Shown: piece after piece, positions 8,106-17,543 of the stretch | How the letters are laid out: every line of letters starts with the position of its first letter | Numbering within the stretch: position 1 is the first letter of the stretch | Assembly: GCF_042660085.1 (NCBI RefSeq) | Contig: NZ_JBHSTI010000008.1 | Coordinates: 1,659,876-1,691,875 of the forward strand | Length of the DNA stretch: 32,000 bases | Source: Longivirga aurantiaca | Lineage (GTDB): Bacteria > Actinomycetota > Actinomycetes > S36-B12 > CAIYMF01 | Direction of reading: 5' to 3' | The notes under the pieces: model-generated | Database searches by the model: none | What the model was told of the DNA's origin: nothing | Seen by the model: only the letters and a program-made list of their open reading frames with translations | Position numbers and translations under genes: made by a program

Positions 8106-9745
8106 GGACCCGTCGCGCCGTGGTCGCCGCGCTGCTCGTCCCCGTGGCCGTCGTGCTCGCTGCGCCCACGGCGTCGGCGCACCCGCTCGGCAACCTGTCG
8201 GTCAACACGTACGACGGCGTCGTCGTCGCGCCCGACGGTGTCCGCGTCGATCACGTCGAGGACGTGGCCGAGGTGCCCGCGGTCGCGGCGCTGCGGGCGG
8301 CCGACACGGATGTCGATGGGGCCACCTCGCCCACCGAGCTCGGCGCCTGGGCCGGAAGCCGTTGCGCTGCAGCCGCTTCGCGGATCCGCGTGGCCTCCGA
8401 CGGCACGCCCCTCGTCCTCACCGTCCGCACAGCCTCCGCCACGACTGCGGCCGGCCAGGCCGGGCTCGCCACCGTCCGCGTCGAGTGCGACCTCGGCGCC
8501 GACCTCCGCGTGGCCGCACGTACCGCCGTCACCGTGGACGTCGCCCCTCCGACGGATCTCGGGTGGCGCGAGATCACGGTCGCCGGCGACGGCACCACCG
8601 TGGTGTCCGCCGACGTCCCGTCGGCCAGCGTGAGCGGGCGGCTGACGTCGTACCCAGGCGACCTCACGACCTCGCCCGACGAGCGCAGCGCGACGGCCAG
8701 CGTCGAGCCGGGCGGTCCGCGCCTCGCGGCTCCTGCAGCGACTGGCCCCCTCGGCGTGGTCGCCCGCGGCGTCGACGGAGTCACTGCAGCAGTCGAGGGC
8801 CTGGCCACCCGGTCGGGCCCGGTCGCGCTGCTGCTGCTGCTGCTCGGCGGCCTGGTCCTCGGCGCGCTGCACGCGCTCGCCCCCGGCCACGGCAAGACGG
8901 TCGTCGCCCTCGCAGCGCTGGCCGGCCGCGGGGCACGTCGGCGCGAGCTGGCTCGGGCGGCGGGGACCCTCGGCGCGAGCATCACGGTCGCGCACACCGG
9001 GAGCGTGGTGCTCGTCGGCGTCGCGCTCACCGCCTTCGGGGCGGTCGTACCCGCAGCGCTCTTCCCCGCGCTCGCCGTGGTGGCAGGCATGATCGTCGTG
9101 GCGGTCGGCATCGGTCTGCTGCGCGGTCGCAGCGGCGCCCACGTGCACGGTCCCGGCGGCCACACCCACGACCACGACCCCGACCACGAGGCTCACGGTC
9201 ACGGGTATCACCACGGGCACGACGCCCCGCTGCCGCACTCCCCCGCGCCCCGGCAGGAGGCCGCGCTCTCGCGCACCGCGGTGCTGGCCGTCACCGGCAC
9301 GGCGCCGGTCGTGACCGCGCACGACCACGACCATGCGCACAGTGACCACGACCACGACCATGCGCACGATCGTGCGCACGACCATGCGCACAGTGACCAC
9401 GCGGAGCACGACACGGGCACCCGGCGCCGCACGCTCGTGGCCCTCGGCGCGGTCGGCGGTCTCACCCCGAGCCCCACCGCGCTCGTCGTCCTGCTCGGCA
9501 CCCTCGCCGTGGGGCGGCCCGTGGCGGGCCTGCTCGCGGTCCTCGCCTTCGGGATCGGCATGGCCCTGACGCTGGTCGGTGCCGGGCTGCTGGCCGTCGT
9601 GCTGGGCCGGCGCGCTGCGAGCCTCGCGGTCGCGCGCGGGTTGCCGCTCCGGTGGCTGGCGCTGCTGCCGCGGCTCGCGGGCGCGGCCGTCGTCTGCGCC
9701 GGAGCGTTCCTCGCGCTCCGCGGCGTCCTCGACCTCCTGGCCTGA
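8102..9745 (+). CDS. NicO/HoxN-like (nickel/cobalt-type) transporter with exported N-terminal domain and His-rich regions
   Basis: Signal peptide ending ASAHPLGNLSVNTYDG; LGALHALAPGHGKTVVAL and GGLTPSPTALVVLLGTLAVGR motifs; His-rich stretches; start overlaps TPR stop. Confidence 0.85.
   Translation: MRTRRAVVAALLVPVAVVLAAPTASAHPLGNLSVNTYDGVVVAPDGVRVDHVEDVAEVPAVAALRAADTDVDGATSPTELGAWAGSRCAAAASRIRVASDGTPLVLTVRTASATTAAGQAGLATVRVECDLGADLRVAARTAVTVDVAPPTDLGWREITVAGDGTTVVSADVPSASVSGRLTSYPGDLTTSPDERSATASVEPGGPRLAAPAATGPLGVVARGVDGVTAAVEGLATRSGPVALLLLLLGGLVLGALHALAPGHGKTVVALAALAGRGARRRELARAAGTLGASITVAHTGSVVLVGVALTAFGAVVPAALFPALAVVAGMIVVAVGIGLLRGRSGAHVHGPGGHTHDHDPDHEAHGHGYHHGHDAPLPHSPAPRQEAALSRTAVLAVTGTAPVVTAHDHDHAHSDHDHDHAHDRAHDHAHSDHAEHDTGTRRRTLVALGAVGGLTPSPTALVVLLGTLAVGRPVAGLLAVLAFGIGMALTLVGAGLLAVVLGRRAASLAVARGLPLRWLALLPRLAGAAVVCAGAFLALRGVLDLLA
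9320..9412 (+). repeat. In-frame degenerate repeat encoding HDHDHAHSDHDHDHAHDRAHDHAHSDH
   Basis: Repeated units gaccatgcgcacagtgaccac / cacgaccacgaccatgcgcac. Confidence 0.8.
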
Positions 9746-9749
9746 TCGG

Positions 9750-10601
9750 TCAGCCGATCCGGAGGACCGTGAGGTTGTCGCGCGCGTCCTTGCGGTCGTC
9801 GGCGACGGCGATGAGGCCGTCACCGAGGAAGGCCAGGCCCTCGGGCTTGCGGACCTTCTTCGGCAGGGGAAGCGCAGCGGTCACCGACACCGGTTCGCCC
9901 GGCTCGAGGGGCAGCACGAGCTGTGCGAGGCACCGACCCTGGTCCGACAGCACCCACACACCGCCGTCGTGGTCGGGCGCGAGGTCGCTCAGGTCGGTGA
10001 GGGCGTCGGTGCCGACGCCGGTCCACGGCCACCAGGCAAGCGCGACCAGGTCGTCGTCATCCGCCGGGGGTGTCCAGCCCTCGTCGTGGGAGAGCAGAGT
10101 CCCGGCCGAGACTCCTTGGGGCACATGGCCTCTCGGGCCGAACTCCACGAGCCCGGCAGGCTTCTTCTCCTTCGCGACGAGGAGGTGACCGTCGCGCAGC
10201 AGCAGGACGCCCTCCCCGCGAGAAGCGTCCGCCTTCGACCAGCTCGCGTGCAGGTCGACGACCGTGCTCGTGTCGAGGCGGAAGCGCGACACGATCCGGC
10301 GCTGTGCGAGATCGACACCGCCGACCATGGACGTCCCCTCGGTGAGCACCCACACACGGCCCGCGCCGTCGAGAGCCAGGGCCTCGAGCTGGGTCGCCCG
10401 CTCCTCGTACCCGGGCCGCGCGCCGACGTCGTCCGCAGTCACGACCTCGAACTCGCCGGGCACTCCGTCGACCACCGTCGTGACCGCGAAGGCGACCCGG
10501 TCGTCGCCCAGGGCGAGCAGCAGGATGCCGCCGTCGGTACGCCGTGCCGTCAGCCCTGACACCTCGGGCAGGGGCACCGAGTGGGTCGCGATCCGCTCCA
10601 T
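9750..10601 (-). CDS. Hypothetical protein, beta-propeller-like repeats
   Basis: MERIATHSVPLPEVSGLTARRTDGGILLLALGDDRVAFAVT...GLAFLGDGLIAVADDRKDARDNLTVLRIG; repeated D-G-[AG]-x-V-W-V-L motifs. Confidence 0.6.
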   Translation of the reverse strand: MERIATHSVPLPEVSGLTARRTDGGILLLALGDDRVAFAVTTVVDGVPGEFEVVTADDVGARPGYEERATQLEALALDGAGRVWVLTEGTSMVGGVDLAQRRIVSRFRLDTSTVVDLHASWSKADASRGEGVLLLRDGHLLVAKEKKPAGLVEFGPRGHVPQGVSAGTLLSHDEGWTPPADDDDLVALAWWPWTGVGTDALTDLSDLAPDHDGGVWVLSDQGRCLAQLVLPLEPGEPVSVTAALPLPKKVRKPEGLAFLGDGLIAVADDRKDARDNLTVLRIG

Positions 10602-10659
10602 GCACGCATCGTGGCCCACCAGGGGGGATCGTGGCGGCCCTCCGGGACGTTGACCCTCC

Positions 10660-11388
10660 GTGGACCCCTTCGCTGCACCGCACGGAACCCCGCTCCAGCG
10701 CTACGAAAGGGCCAGCCGCCGGCCGCTGGTCGCCGCGGCGATCGCCTTCGTGGTCGCGTACGCGCTGCCCGTGCTCCTGCCCGCCATGCCCCGGATGGAC
10801 GCCGACCTCCTCGACCTGCTGGGTGCGCTCCTGTGGGCGCTGTTCCTCGTCGACCTGGGCGTCCGCGCGGTGCTGTCCGGCCGCCCGGGCCGCTGGCTCC
10901 TTCGGCACCCGATCGACGTCGTCCTCGTCCTGCTGCCGGCGCTGCGGCCGCTGCGCGAGCTGCGCGGCCTGACCGCCGACGCGTACACCTCGGGGACTCG
11001 TGCCGCGGTCGGGCGCGCGCTCGCCGCCGCGCTCGTGGGTGTCGCCTACCTCATGCTGGTCGGCGCCGTGGCTGTGCTCGACGCCGAGCGGTCGGCCGCG
11101 TCGTCGCACATCACGTCCTTCGGCGACGCCCTCTGGTGGGCAGCGGTGACGGTCACGACGGTCGGGTACGGCGACACCTACCCCGTCACGGTCGTCGGAC
11201 GGCTCGTGGCTTTCGCTCTGATGCTCGTCGGGATAAGCCTGTTGGGCGTGCTCACGGCGTCGGTCGCCGCCTGGTTCGTCGGCCGCACCCGTGAGGTCGA
11301 GAACGAGGTGCTGGTCGAGCTCCGCGCTCTGCGCACCGAGGTGGCCGACCTCCGGGCGGCAGTGGACCGCGCCTCATCCGCGAGCTGA
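10660..11388 (+). CDS. Voltage-gated-like potassium channel (two-TM pore with extra helices)
   Basis: WWAAVTVTTVGYGDTYPVTVVGRLVAFALMLVGISLLGVLTASVAAWFV selectivity filter TTVGYGD; C-terminal coiled coil. Confidence 0.92.
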   Translation: MDPFAAPHGTPLQRYERASRRPLVAAAIAFVVAYALPVLLPAMPRMDADLLDLLGALLWALFLVDLGVRAVLSGRPGRWLLRHPIDVVLVLLPALRPLRELRGLTADAYTSGTRAAVGRALAAALVGVAYLMLVGAVAVLDAERSAASSHITSFGDALWWAAVTVTTVGYGDTYPVTVVGRLVAFALMLVGISLLGVLTASVAAWFVGRTREVENEVLVELRALRTEVADLRAAVDRASSAS

Positions 11389-11397
11389 CGGCGGAGG

Positions 11398-11997
11398 TCA
11401 GAGCGTGTCGAGGGCGTTGGCTGCGATGCGGTCCGCGATCCCGCTACGCATCAGGGCCGCGGCCGCGCTGTCCGGCTTGCGCGCCGCCTCAGCCGCGAAG
11501 CACGCCGAGAACTCAGGCCCGATACCGAGCCGCGGGTAGCGCGCGACCACCTCGGTGCGCAGCTCGTCCGGCCACCAGGACGTGTTGCGGCCGCTGATAT
11601 CGAGGCCGGTGGCGATCTCGAGGAGGTGGCCCTCGGGGTCCGCCTCGGGATCGACCGAGTCCCACATGTGCCGCTCGATGATCTCGGCGGCGCGTACGCC
11701 GCGCTCGGGCGCCCACCCGGCTCCGGCCGCGAAGACGCGGGCCACGTCGCCCCCCGCACGCTCGAACGGGACCGCATGGCTGTCGAACGAGGCCACGAGC
11801 CCGATGTCGTGCAGCATCGCCGAGACGTAGAGCAGCTCGGCGTCGTAGGCGATGCCGTGCACGTCGCCGTACGCCGCCGCCCAGAGGAACGAGCGAACAC
11901 TGTGATTCGCGAGCGCGGGCGATGCGAAGGTCGTGACCACCCAGAGGGCACGGTCGGCGGCGTCTGTGGCGGGGCGGGCGAGGTCGTCGAGGCGCAT
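11398..11997 (-). CDS. HD domain-containing protein (cyanamide hydratase-like)
   Basis: NHSVRSFLWAAAYG...YVSAMLHDIGLVASFDSHAVPFERAGGDVARVF...AAEIIERHMW. Confidence 0.8.
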   Translation of the reverse strand: MRLDDLARPATDAADRALWVVTTFASPALANHSVRSFLWAAAYGDVHGIAYDAELLYVSAMLHDIGLVASFDSHAVPFERAGGDVARVFAAGAGWAPERGVRAAEIIERHMWDSVDPEADPEGHLLEIATGLDISGRNTSWWPDELRTEVVARYPRLGIGPEFSACFAAEAARKPDSAAAALMRSGIADRIAANALDTL

Positions 11998-12270
11998 GCC
12001 TCGATGCTCGCAGCCCGTGCGGCGCCCTCCCACCCGCATGCGGACATGGACGGAAGGGTTCGCGCCAGGTGCGCATCGGCGGACGATCGTGGCGCCACGT
12101 GCTCAGCCCGAGACGCGGCGGAGCCCGACGTCGGTCAGCGCGTGCGAGCTCCGTGCCGATCCCCAGGGCTGACAGGATCCGTCGCAGCGGAGCGCCAGGT
12201 GCGACAGCGGGCGCCTTCGGCGCGGCGGTCGAGCCGCGCGCGAAGAACTCCTCCCAAATCAGAGGGAGCC

Positions 12271-12317
12271 CGACAGACGATGAAGGCCGGCCGCAAGCGG
12301 CCGGCCTTCATCGTCTG

Positions 12318-12320
<3 letters not shown>
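12271..12320 (-). terminator. Terminator-like hairpin of the tRNA-Pro transcript, overlapping its 3' end
   Basis: 24-bp perfect inverted repeat cgacagacgatgaaggccggccgc-aa-gcggccggccttcatcgtctgtcg. Confidence 0.75.
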
Positions 12321-12391
<71 letters not shown>

Positions 12392-12478
12392 AACTCCGAC
12401 CGCGAGGATCACCCGCGATCGGCCCACGAAGGTTACCCCACGTGGTGCGTGCCGATGAAACCGGCCACGTGCGTGCCG

Positions 12479-14017
12479 TCAGCTCCGGCGACGCTTCTCG
12501 CGGACGCGCAGGTTGACGCGCACCGGGGTCCCGTCGAAACCGAACTCCTCGCGCAGGCGTCGCTCGATGAAGCGGCGGTAGCCGGCCTCGAGGAAGCCCG
12601 TCGTGAAGAGCACGAACGTGGGCGGCTTGGTGGTCGCCTGGGTGCCGAAGAGGATGCGCGGCTGCTTGCCCCCGCGCACCGGGTGCGGGTGCGACTGCAC
12701 GAGGGTCGCGAGGAACGCGTTGAGCCGCGAGGTCGGCACGCGCGTCTCCCAGCCCTCGAGGGCCTTGTGCAGAGCGGGTACGAGCTTGTCGGTGTGGCGT
12801 CCGGTCCGGGCGCTGATGTTGACGCGCGGCGCCCACGAGACCTGGTGCAGGTCGCGCTCGATCTCGCGCTCGAGGTACTTCCGGCGCTCGTCGTCCATCA
12901 GGTCCCACTTGTTGAACGCGAGCACCAGTGCGCGTCCGCTCTCGACCACCATCGAGAGGATGCGGGTGTCCTGCTCCGCCATGGGCTGGTCCGCCTCGAG
13001 GAGGACGACGGCCACCTCGGCCTTGTCGAGCGCCGCCTTCGTACGCAGCGACGCGTAGTACTCGTGACCGCTCGCCTCGTGCACCCGCTTGCGGATGCCG
13101 GCGGTGTCGACGAAACGCCATGTGGTGCCGGCGATCTCGACGAGCTCGTCGACGGGGTCGACCGTGGTGCCGGCGACGGAGTCGACCACGACCCGCTGCT
13201 CGCCCGCGAGCTGGTTGAGCAGGCTCGACTTGCCCACGTTGGGCTTGCCGAGCAGCGCGATGCGGCGCGGTCCTCGCGGCTCGGCGACGCGTGAGCCCTC
13301 ATCGGGCAGGATCGCGATGAGGTTGTCGAGCATGTCTCCCATGCCGCGGCCCTGCAGCGAGGAGACAGCCTGCGGCTCGCCCAGCCCGAGCGACCAGAGC
13401 ATGGCCGCGTCGGCCTCGCCGCGGCTGTCGTCGACCTTGTTCGCGATGAGCAGCACGGGCTTCTTGGTTCCGCGCAGCACCTTCACGACGTCCTCGTCCG
13501 CATCGGTCGCGCCGACCGTCGCGTCGAGCACGAACATGACGGCGTCCGCCTCGTTCATGGCGCGCTCCGCCTGCGCGGCTACCTGCGCGGCCATGCCCTT
13601 GGCCTCGCGCTCCCAGCCGCCGGTGTCGACGAGGAGGAACCGGTGGCCCGACCACTCCGCCTTGTAGGTCACGCGGTCGCGCGTGACGCCGGGGACGTCC
13701 TCCACCACGGCCTCGCGCCGACCGATGATCCGGTTGACCAGGGTCGACTTCCCGACGTTCGGCCGGCCGACGACCGCGACCACGGGCAGGAGCTCGTCGT
13801 CCTCGTCGTCGAAGAATCCGTCGTCGTCGAGGTCGAAGCCGAGCGCCGCGAGCGTCTCGGCGCTGATCTGCTCGTCGTCGCCGAGGTCGCCGAGGTCAGG
13901 CACGTCGACGCCGTCGAGGTCGTCGACGACGATCACCTCGTCGGAGTCCCAGGCAGCATCGTCGGCGTCGTAGCCGACGCCCTCGTCGAGGGGTCCGGGC
14001 TGGTCGTCGGGGGTCAC
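12479..14017 (-). CDS. der: Ribosome biogenesis GTPase Der (EngA)
   Basis: Two G domains: [34 protein letters not shown] and [21 protein letters not shown]; C-terminal KH-like region. Confidence 0.97.
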   Translation of the reverse strand: MTPDDQPGPLDEGVGYDADDAAWDSDEVIVVDDLDGVDVPDLGDLGDDEQISAETLAALGFDLDDDGFFDDEDDELLPVVAVVGRPNVGKSTLVNRIIGRREAVVEDVPGVTRDRVTYKAEWSGHRFLLVDTGGWEREAKGMAAQVAAQAERAMNEADAVMFVLDATVGATDADEDVVKVLRGTKKPVLLIANKVDDSRGEADAAMLWSLGLGEPQAVSSLQGRGMGDMLDNLIAILPDEGSRVAEPRGPRRIALLGKPNVGKSSLLNQLAGEQRVVVDSVAGTTVDPVDELVEIAGTTWRFVDTAGIRKRVHEASGHEYYASLRTKAALDKAEVAVVLLEADQPMAEQDTRILSMVVESGRALVLAFNKWDLMDDERRKYLEREIERDLHQVSWAPRVNISARTGRHTDKLVPALHKALEGWETRVPTSRLNAFLATLVQSHPHPVRGGKQPRILFGTQATTKPPTFVLFTTGFLEAGYRRFIERRLREEFGFDGTPVRVNLRVREKRRRS

Positions 14018-14721
14018 GCGGTGCTCCGGTGGTCTGAGGCGGTGTCGGGCAGGGGTCCGGGGAGGTCCTGCCCCGTACGGCGAACGGCGTTCTGGACGTG
14101 GTCGGAGAGCGTCTGCCTGAGGCGCTCCCCGGATCGGGCGAGGACCGCCCGGCGGCGGGCGTCCCCCTCGACGCGGATGTCGACGGGCTCCCCGAAGACG
14201 ACGTCGAGAGGTGAACGCAGCCGGGGCAGCGCATCCTTCCCGGTTCCGGCGGGCCGTGCCCCGAGGATCGCGACCGGGACGACGAGCGCCCCGGTGCGGG
14301 CCGCGAGGTAGGCCGCGCCGTGCTTGAGGTGCCGTGCGTCACCCGCACCGCGGTGCACCTCGGGGAAGACCCCGACGACGCCGGCGTCCGCGAGGACGGC
14401 GACCGCCTCGAGCAGCGCCGACCGGTCGGGTCCGTCGTACTCGATGCGGATCTGGCTCGTGGCGCGCATGAGGCGGTCGATCGGTGGCACGAAGATCTCG
14501 CTCTTGACCAGGACGTGCACCGGGCGCGGACTCGCCGCTGCCAGCAGCAGTCCGTCGAGGAACGCCGTGTGGTTGGCGGCGAGGATCACGGGACCGTCGA
14601 CCGGGACGTGGTGCGCACCGGCGACGCGCAGCTTCCACATCCGGGTGACGAGCGCGGCCAGGTTGCGCCCGGTCGCCGCACCCGAGGTCGGGAGCCCCAC
14701 CGGAGCCCGGTCGGTGGTCAT
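14014..14721 (-). CDS. 1-acyl-sn-glycerol-3-phosphate acyltransferase family protein
   Basis: [11 protein letters not shown]...[33 protein letters not shown] and [12 protein letters not shown]; NHTAFLD catalytic block. Confidence 0.92.
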   Translation of the reverse strand: MTTDRAPVGLPTSGAATGRNLAALVTRMWKLRVAGAHHVPVDGPVILAANHTAFLDGLLLAAASPRPVHVLVKSEIFVPPIDRLMRATSQIRIEYDGPDRSALLEAVAVLADAGVVGVFPEVHRGAGDARHLKHGAAYLAARTGALVVPVAILGARPAGTGKDALPRLRSPLDVVFGEPVDIRVEGDARRRAVLARSGERLRQTLSDHVQNAVRRTGQDLPGPLPDTASDHRSTA

Positions 14722-15434
14722 GCGCCCATCCGCTCGCGGGCGAGGCCCACCACGGCGGCGACGACCTCGGCGAGCCCGAGGTGGGTCGCATCCACCACGA
14801 CCGCGTCCTCCGCCTGGGTGGTCGGCGATGCCGCGCGGCTGGCGTCGGCCGCGTCGCGGCGCGCCAGGTCGGCGGCGATCGATTCGGACGACGTCACGTG
14901 CGCGCGGCCCGCAGCTGCGTCCTCGGCCGCGCGTCGGGCGGCTCGGACGCCGGGGTCTGCGACGAGCCACACCTTGAGGTCGGCGTCGGGGAGCACGACC
15001 GCGCCGATGTCACGGCCCTCGACCACGATGCCCTGCTCGACGGCGAGCGCGCTGCGCACGGCACCGCGCTGGAGGTCCACCAGCAGCGCACGTACCTCGG
15101 GGACCGCTGCCACCGCCGACACTGCCGAGGTGACCGACTGCTCACGGATGGCCCGGGAGACGTCGACGCCGTCGACCCGGATCCAGGACTCGTCCGGGTC
15201 GGTCGACCACTCGAGCGAGGCGGAGCAGGCGGCCGAGGCGACCGCAGCGGGGTCCGAGGCCGGCACGCCGTCGCGCAGCACGGCCCAGGTGATCGCGCGG
15301 TACATGGCGCCGGTGTCGAGATAGCGCAGGCCGAGCTCGCGGGCGACCCCGCGCGACACGCTGGACTTGCCCGAGCCCGACGGGCCGTCGACCGCGATGA
15401 CCGCCGTCGCGGTGCTGGGCGTGCGGGGGTCCAT
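14718..15434 (-). CDS. cmk: Cytidylate kinase
   Basis: MDPRTPSTATAVIAVDGPSGSGKSSVSRGVARELGLRYLDTGAMYRAITWAVLRDG. Confidence 0.95.
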   Translation of the reverse strand: MDPRTPSTATAVIAVDGPSGSGKSSVSRGVARELGLRYLDTGAMYRAITWAVLRDGVPASDPAAVASAACSASLEWSTDPDESWIRVDGVDVSRAIREQSVTSAVSAVAAVPEVRALLVDLQRGAVRSALAVEQGIVVEGRDIGAVVLPDADLKVWLVADPGVRAARRAAEDAAAGRAHVTSSESIAADLARRDAADASRAASPTTQAEDAVVVDATHLGLAEVVAAVVGLARERMGA

Positions 15435-15553
15435 GCAGGGTCCTTCGTCCGGGGTGCTCGGCGGGCCGACGAGCAGCAGGTCGAGCCTACGGCCCGCAGA
15501 GGCGCACCCCGGCCACGTCGGCGGCTCGGTCGACGTGACCTGCGCCCTCTCCC

Positions 15554-15583
15554 GTCGATGCGGCGATGTGTCGCCGTGTCGAC
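15554..15583. other. Intergenic hairpin between tyrA and cmk
   Basis: gtcgatgcggcga-tgtg-tcgccgtgtcgac: 13-bp stem with two G-T wobbles. Confidence 0.5.
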
Positions 15584-15621
15584 AATGCAGCCGATCGGCG
15601 CGCTCGTCCACGACCCGTGCC

Positions 15622-15636
15622 GCATGTCGACAAAAC
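15622..15636 (+). repeat. Left copy of a 15-bp inverted repeat (GCATGTCGACAAAAC)
   Basis: Exact reverse complement of 17529-17543. Confidence 0.85.
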
Positions 15637-15695
15637 CACCTGCCGATACGGCGTCAGGAGAGGCAACAGTGCAGGTCAGAGGCGTGCGACCGCGC

Positions 15696-16811
15696 TCAGA
15701 AGCGGACGTCCCAGCCCGTCGTCCGCAGACCGTCGGCAAGGCTCGACGCCGACTCGGGCGACACCTCGAGCTCCACCAGCCCTGTCGGACGGCCCTGGGC
15801 GTGCTCGATCCGCACGTCCTCGAGGTTGACCCCCGTGGCGCCCGCGTCGGCGAACAGCCGCCCGAGCTCGCCCGGGCGGTCGGCGACCGAGACCGCGACG
15901 ACGGCCCAGGTGACGGGTGCAGCGCCGTGCTTGCCCGGCACGCGCCGGTGACCGACGACGCCTGCCTCGAGGGACGTCCGCACCGCTGCCGCGCCCGCCT
16001 CCCCCGCCCGCAGCCCGTCCCGCACCGCCGCCAGGCGGTCGATGAGCGAGTCGAGCGCACCAGCCACCGGCTCGGCGTTGCTGGCGAGGATCTCGGCCCA
16101 CAGGCCGGGGTCGGAGGCTGCGAGGCGGGTGACATCGCGCAGGCCCTGGCCGGAGAGCCGTACGCCGGTGTCGCCGAGGTCCGCCAGCCCTGCGGCCACC
16201 GTGGAGGCGACCACCTGCGGCGTGTGCGAGGTGAGCGCCACCGCACGGTCGTGCTCATCGGGCGAGGTGATCACCGGCACCGCTCCCAGGGACTCCACCA
16301 GGGCGGCGACCTGCCGCGTGCGTGTGAGGTCCGTGGCCGCGGACGGCGTCAGCGCCCACACCCGGTCGGCGAACAGATCGGCCCGCGCTGCCGCCGGACC
16401 GGACACCTCGCGCCCAGCCATGGGATGCCCAGGGACGAATCGAGCGATCGCGGACGCATCCAGCCCTGAAGTCTCGATCTCCCGCTGAAGTCTAGCCTTG
16501 GTGCTCACCACGTCACTCACTGTCGCGTTGACAGTGCTTCGAAGTACCTCGATTACGACTGACGGCGCCGCGGCGGGCGGGACGGCCACGATCACCAGGG
16601 CCGGCTCCCCCGCAGCGGGCCGTGGCAGCCCCGCGCCCCGCTCCACGGCGACGCTCAGCGCCTCCGGGTCGCGGTCCTGGAGCCAGACCTCCGTCCCCCG
16701 CTCGCGCAGAGCGAGCGCCACCGACGCGCCGATGAGCCCCGTCCCGATCACCAGCACCGGGCCAGCCGTAGAGGTGGGCGCGTCGCCCGGCACCGGGACC
16801 ACACCGGTCAC
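15696..16811 (-). CDS. tyrA: Prephenate dehydrogenase (TyrA, with C-terminal ACT-like region)
   Basis: VLVIGTGLIGASVALALRERGTEVWLQDRD; FVPGHPMAGREVSGP; C-term VSVADRPGELGRLFADAGATGVNLEDVRIEHAQGRPTGLVEL. GTG start overlaps aroH stop. Confidence 0.92.
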   Translation of the reverse strand: MTGVVPVPGDAPTSTAGPVLVIGTGLIGASVALALRERGTEVWLQDRDPEALSVAVERGAGLPRPAAGEPALVIVAVPPAAAPSVVIEVLRSTVNATVSDVVSTKARLQREIETSGLDASAIARFVPGHPMAGREVSGPAAARADLFADRVWALTPSAATDLTRTRQVAALVESLGAVPVITSPDEHDRAVALTSHTPQVVASTVAAGLADLGDTGVRLSGQGLRDVTRLAASDPGLWAEILASNAEPVAGALDSLIDRLAAVRDGLRAGEAGAAAVRTSLEAGVVGHRRVPGKHGAAPVTWAVVAVSVADRPGELGRLFADAGATGVNLEDVRIEHAQGRPTGLVELEVSPESASSLADGLRTTGWDVRF

Positions 16812-17170
16812 TGGGCGAGGTCCTGGCGCAGCGCCTCGGCGCCGCGCAGGTAGACGTGGACCACCTCGGACCGCGGCACGTCCATCTCGGCGTGCGCCAT
16901 CACGCGCACGACCCGGGACAGCGCGCCGGGTACGGCGATCTCCTGGGCGCAGATGAGCGGCACGTCCCCGAGCCCGATCCCCCGCGCTGCGGCCGCCGGG
17001 AACATGCAGACCAGGTCCGGCGTGGAGGTGAAGATCACCGAGATCAGATCGGCCCGGTCCAGCCCGTTGCGCTCGAGCAGGGCACTCACCAGCTCGACGA
17101 CCGCGTCGGTCATCTCGGCCGGGTCGTCGGCAGACAGGCGGGTGGCGCCACGCAGCGCTCGGACGGACAC
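16808..17170 (-). CDS. aroH: Monofunctional chorismate mutase, AroH type
   Basis: VSVRALRGATRLSADDPAEMTDAVVELVSALLERNGLDRADLISVIFTSTPDL...VYLRGAEALRQDL. Confidence 0.93.
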   Translation of the reverse strand: MSVRALRGATRLSADDPAEMTDAVVELVSALLERNGLDRADLISVIFTSTPDLVCMFPAAAARGIGLGDVPLICAQEIAVPGALSRVVRVMAHAEMDVPRSEVVHVYLRGAEALRQDLAQ

Positions 17171-17528
17171 GGTGGACCCCTTTCGGTCGACGGCTCACCT
17201 TAGCGATCCAGCGATCACTCTCCTTGATGACTCACCGATGAGCCGCCCCATCGCTTCAGCCATCAGTCGTTGGAGCGACCTGCCATTTTAGCCTTTTGTC
17301 GATCTAACGTCTTCTCAGCAATGCGACTTGGCGATCCATCACCAGGAGCCGGATCCAGCACCGCGTGCGCGGAAGCGACTGCTCCCCCGTCGGCATCGCC
17401 CTGGTCGTCGGCCGGTGCCGGCCCGTCCTGGCCCACGGGCGCGCTGCTGAGCTCGACCTGGCCCCCTGACCTGGGCAGATAGTGGCAACGCCGGCAGGGA
17501 GCTCGGACCCATGCTGAGGGCTGATAGC

Positions 17529-17543
17529 GTTTTGTCGACATGC
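17529..17543 (-). repeat. Right copy of the 15-bp inverted repeat (GTTTTGTCGACATGC)
   Basis: Exact reverse complement of 15622-15636. Confidence 0.85.

Noticed and set aside
9320-9412. Repeat array considered as possible CRISPR
   Set aside because: Units are short, contiguous and in-frame coding for His/Asp, without unique spacers.
7961-9823. Asp/His/Arg-rich 620-aa minus-strand ORF across the transporter gene
   Set aside because: Reverse-complement reading of the His-rich repeat (VVVVVTVRMVV-type runs); transporter motifs are on the plus strand.
10660-11388. Potassium channel considered as part of the neighbouring sigma/NicO locus
   Set aside because: It is separated by an oppositely oriented gene (9750-10601) and has no shared signal; treated as an ordinary channel gene.
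11398-11997. HD-domain protein considered as a nucleotide-signalling or defence effector
   Set aside because: The overall pattern resembles cyanamide hydratase-like HD enzymes and it stands alone next to a potassium channel, with no cyclase or nuclease partner.
12011-12270. Small ORFs in the gap between the HD-domain gene and tRNA-Pro
   Set aside because: No RBS-supported start or family-like sequence; translations are Arg-rich and low-confidence.
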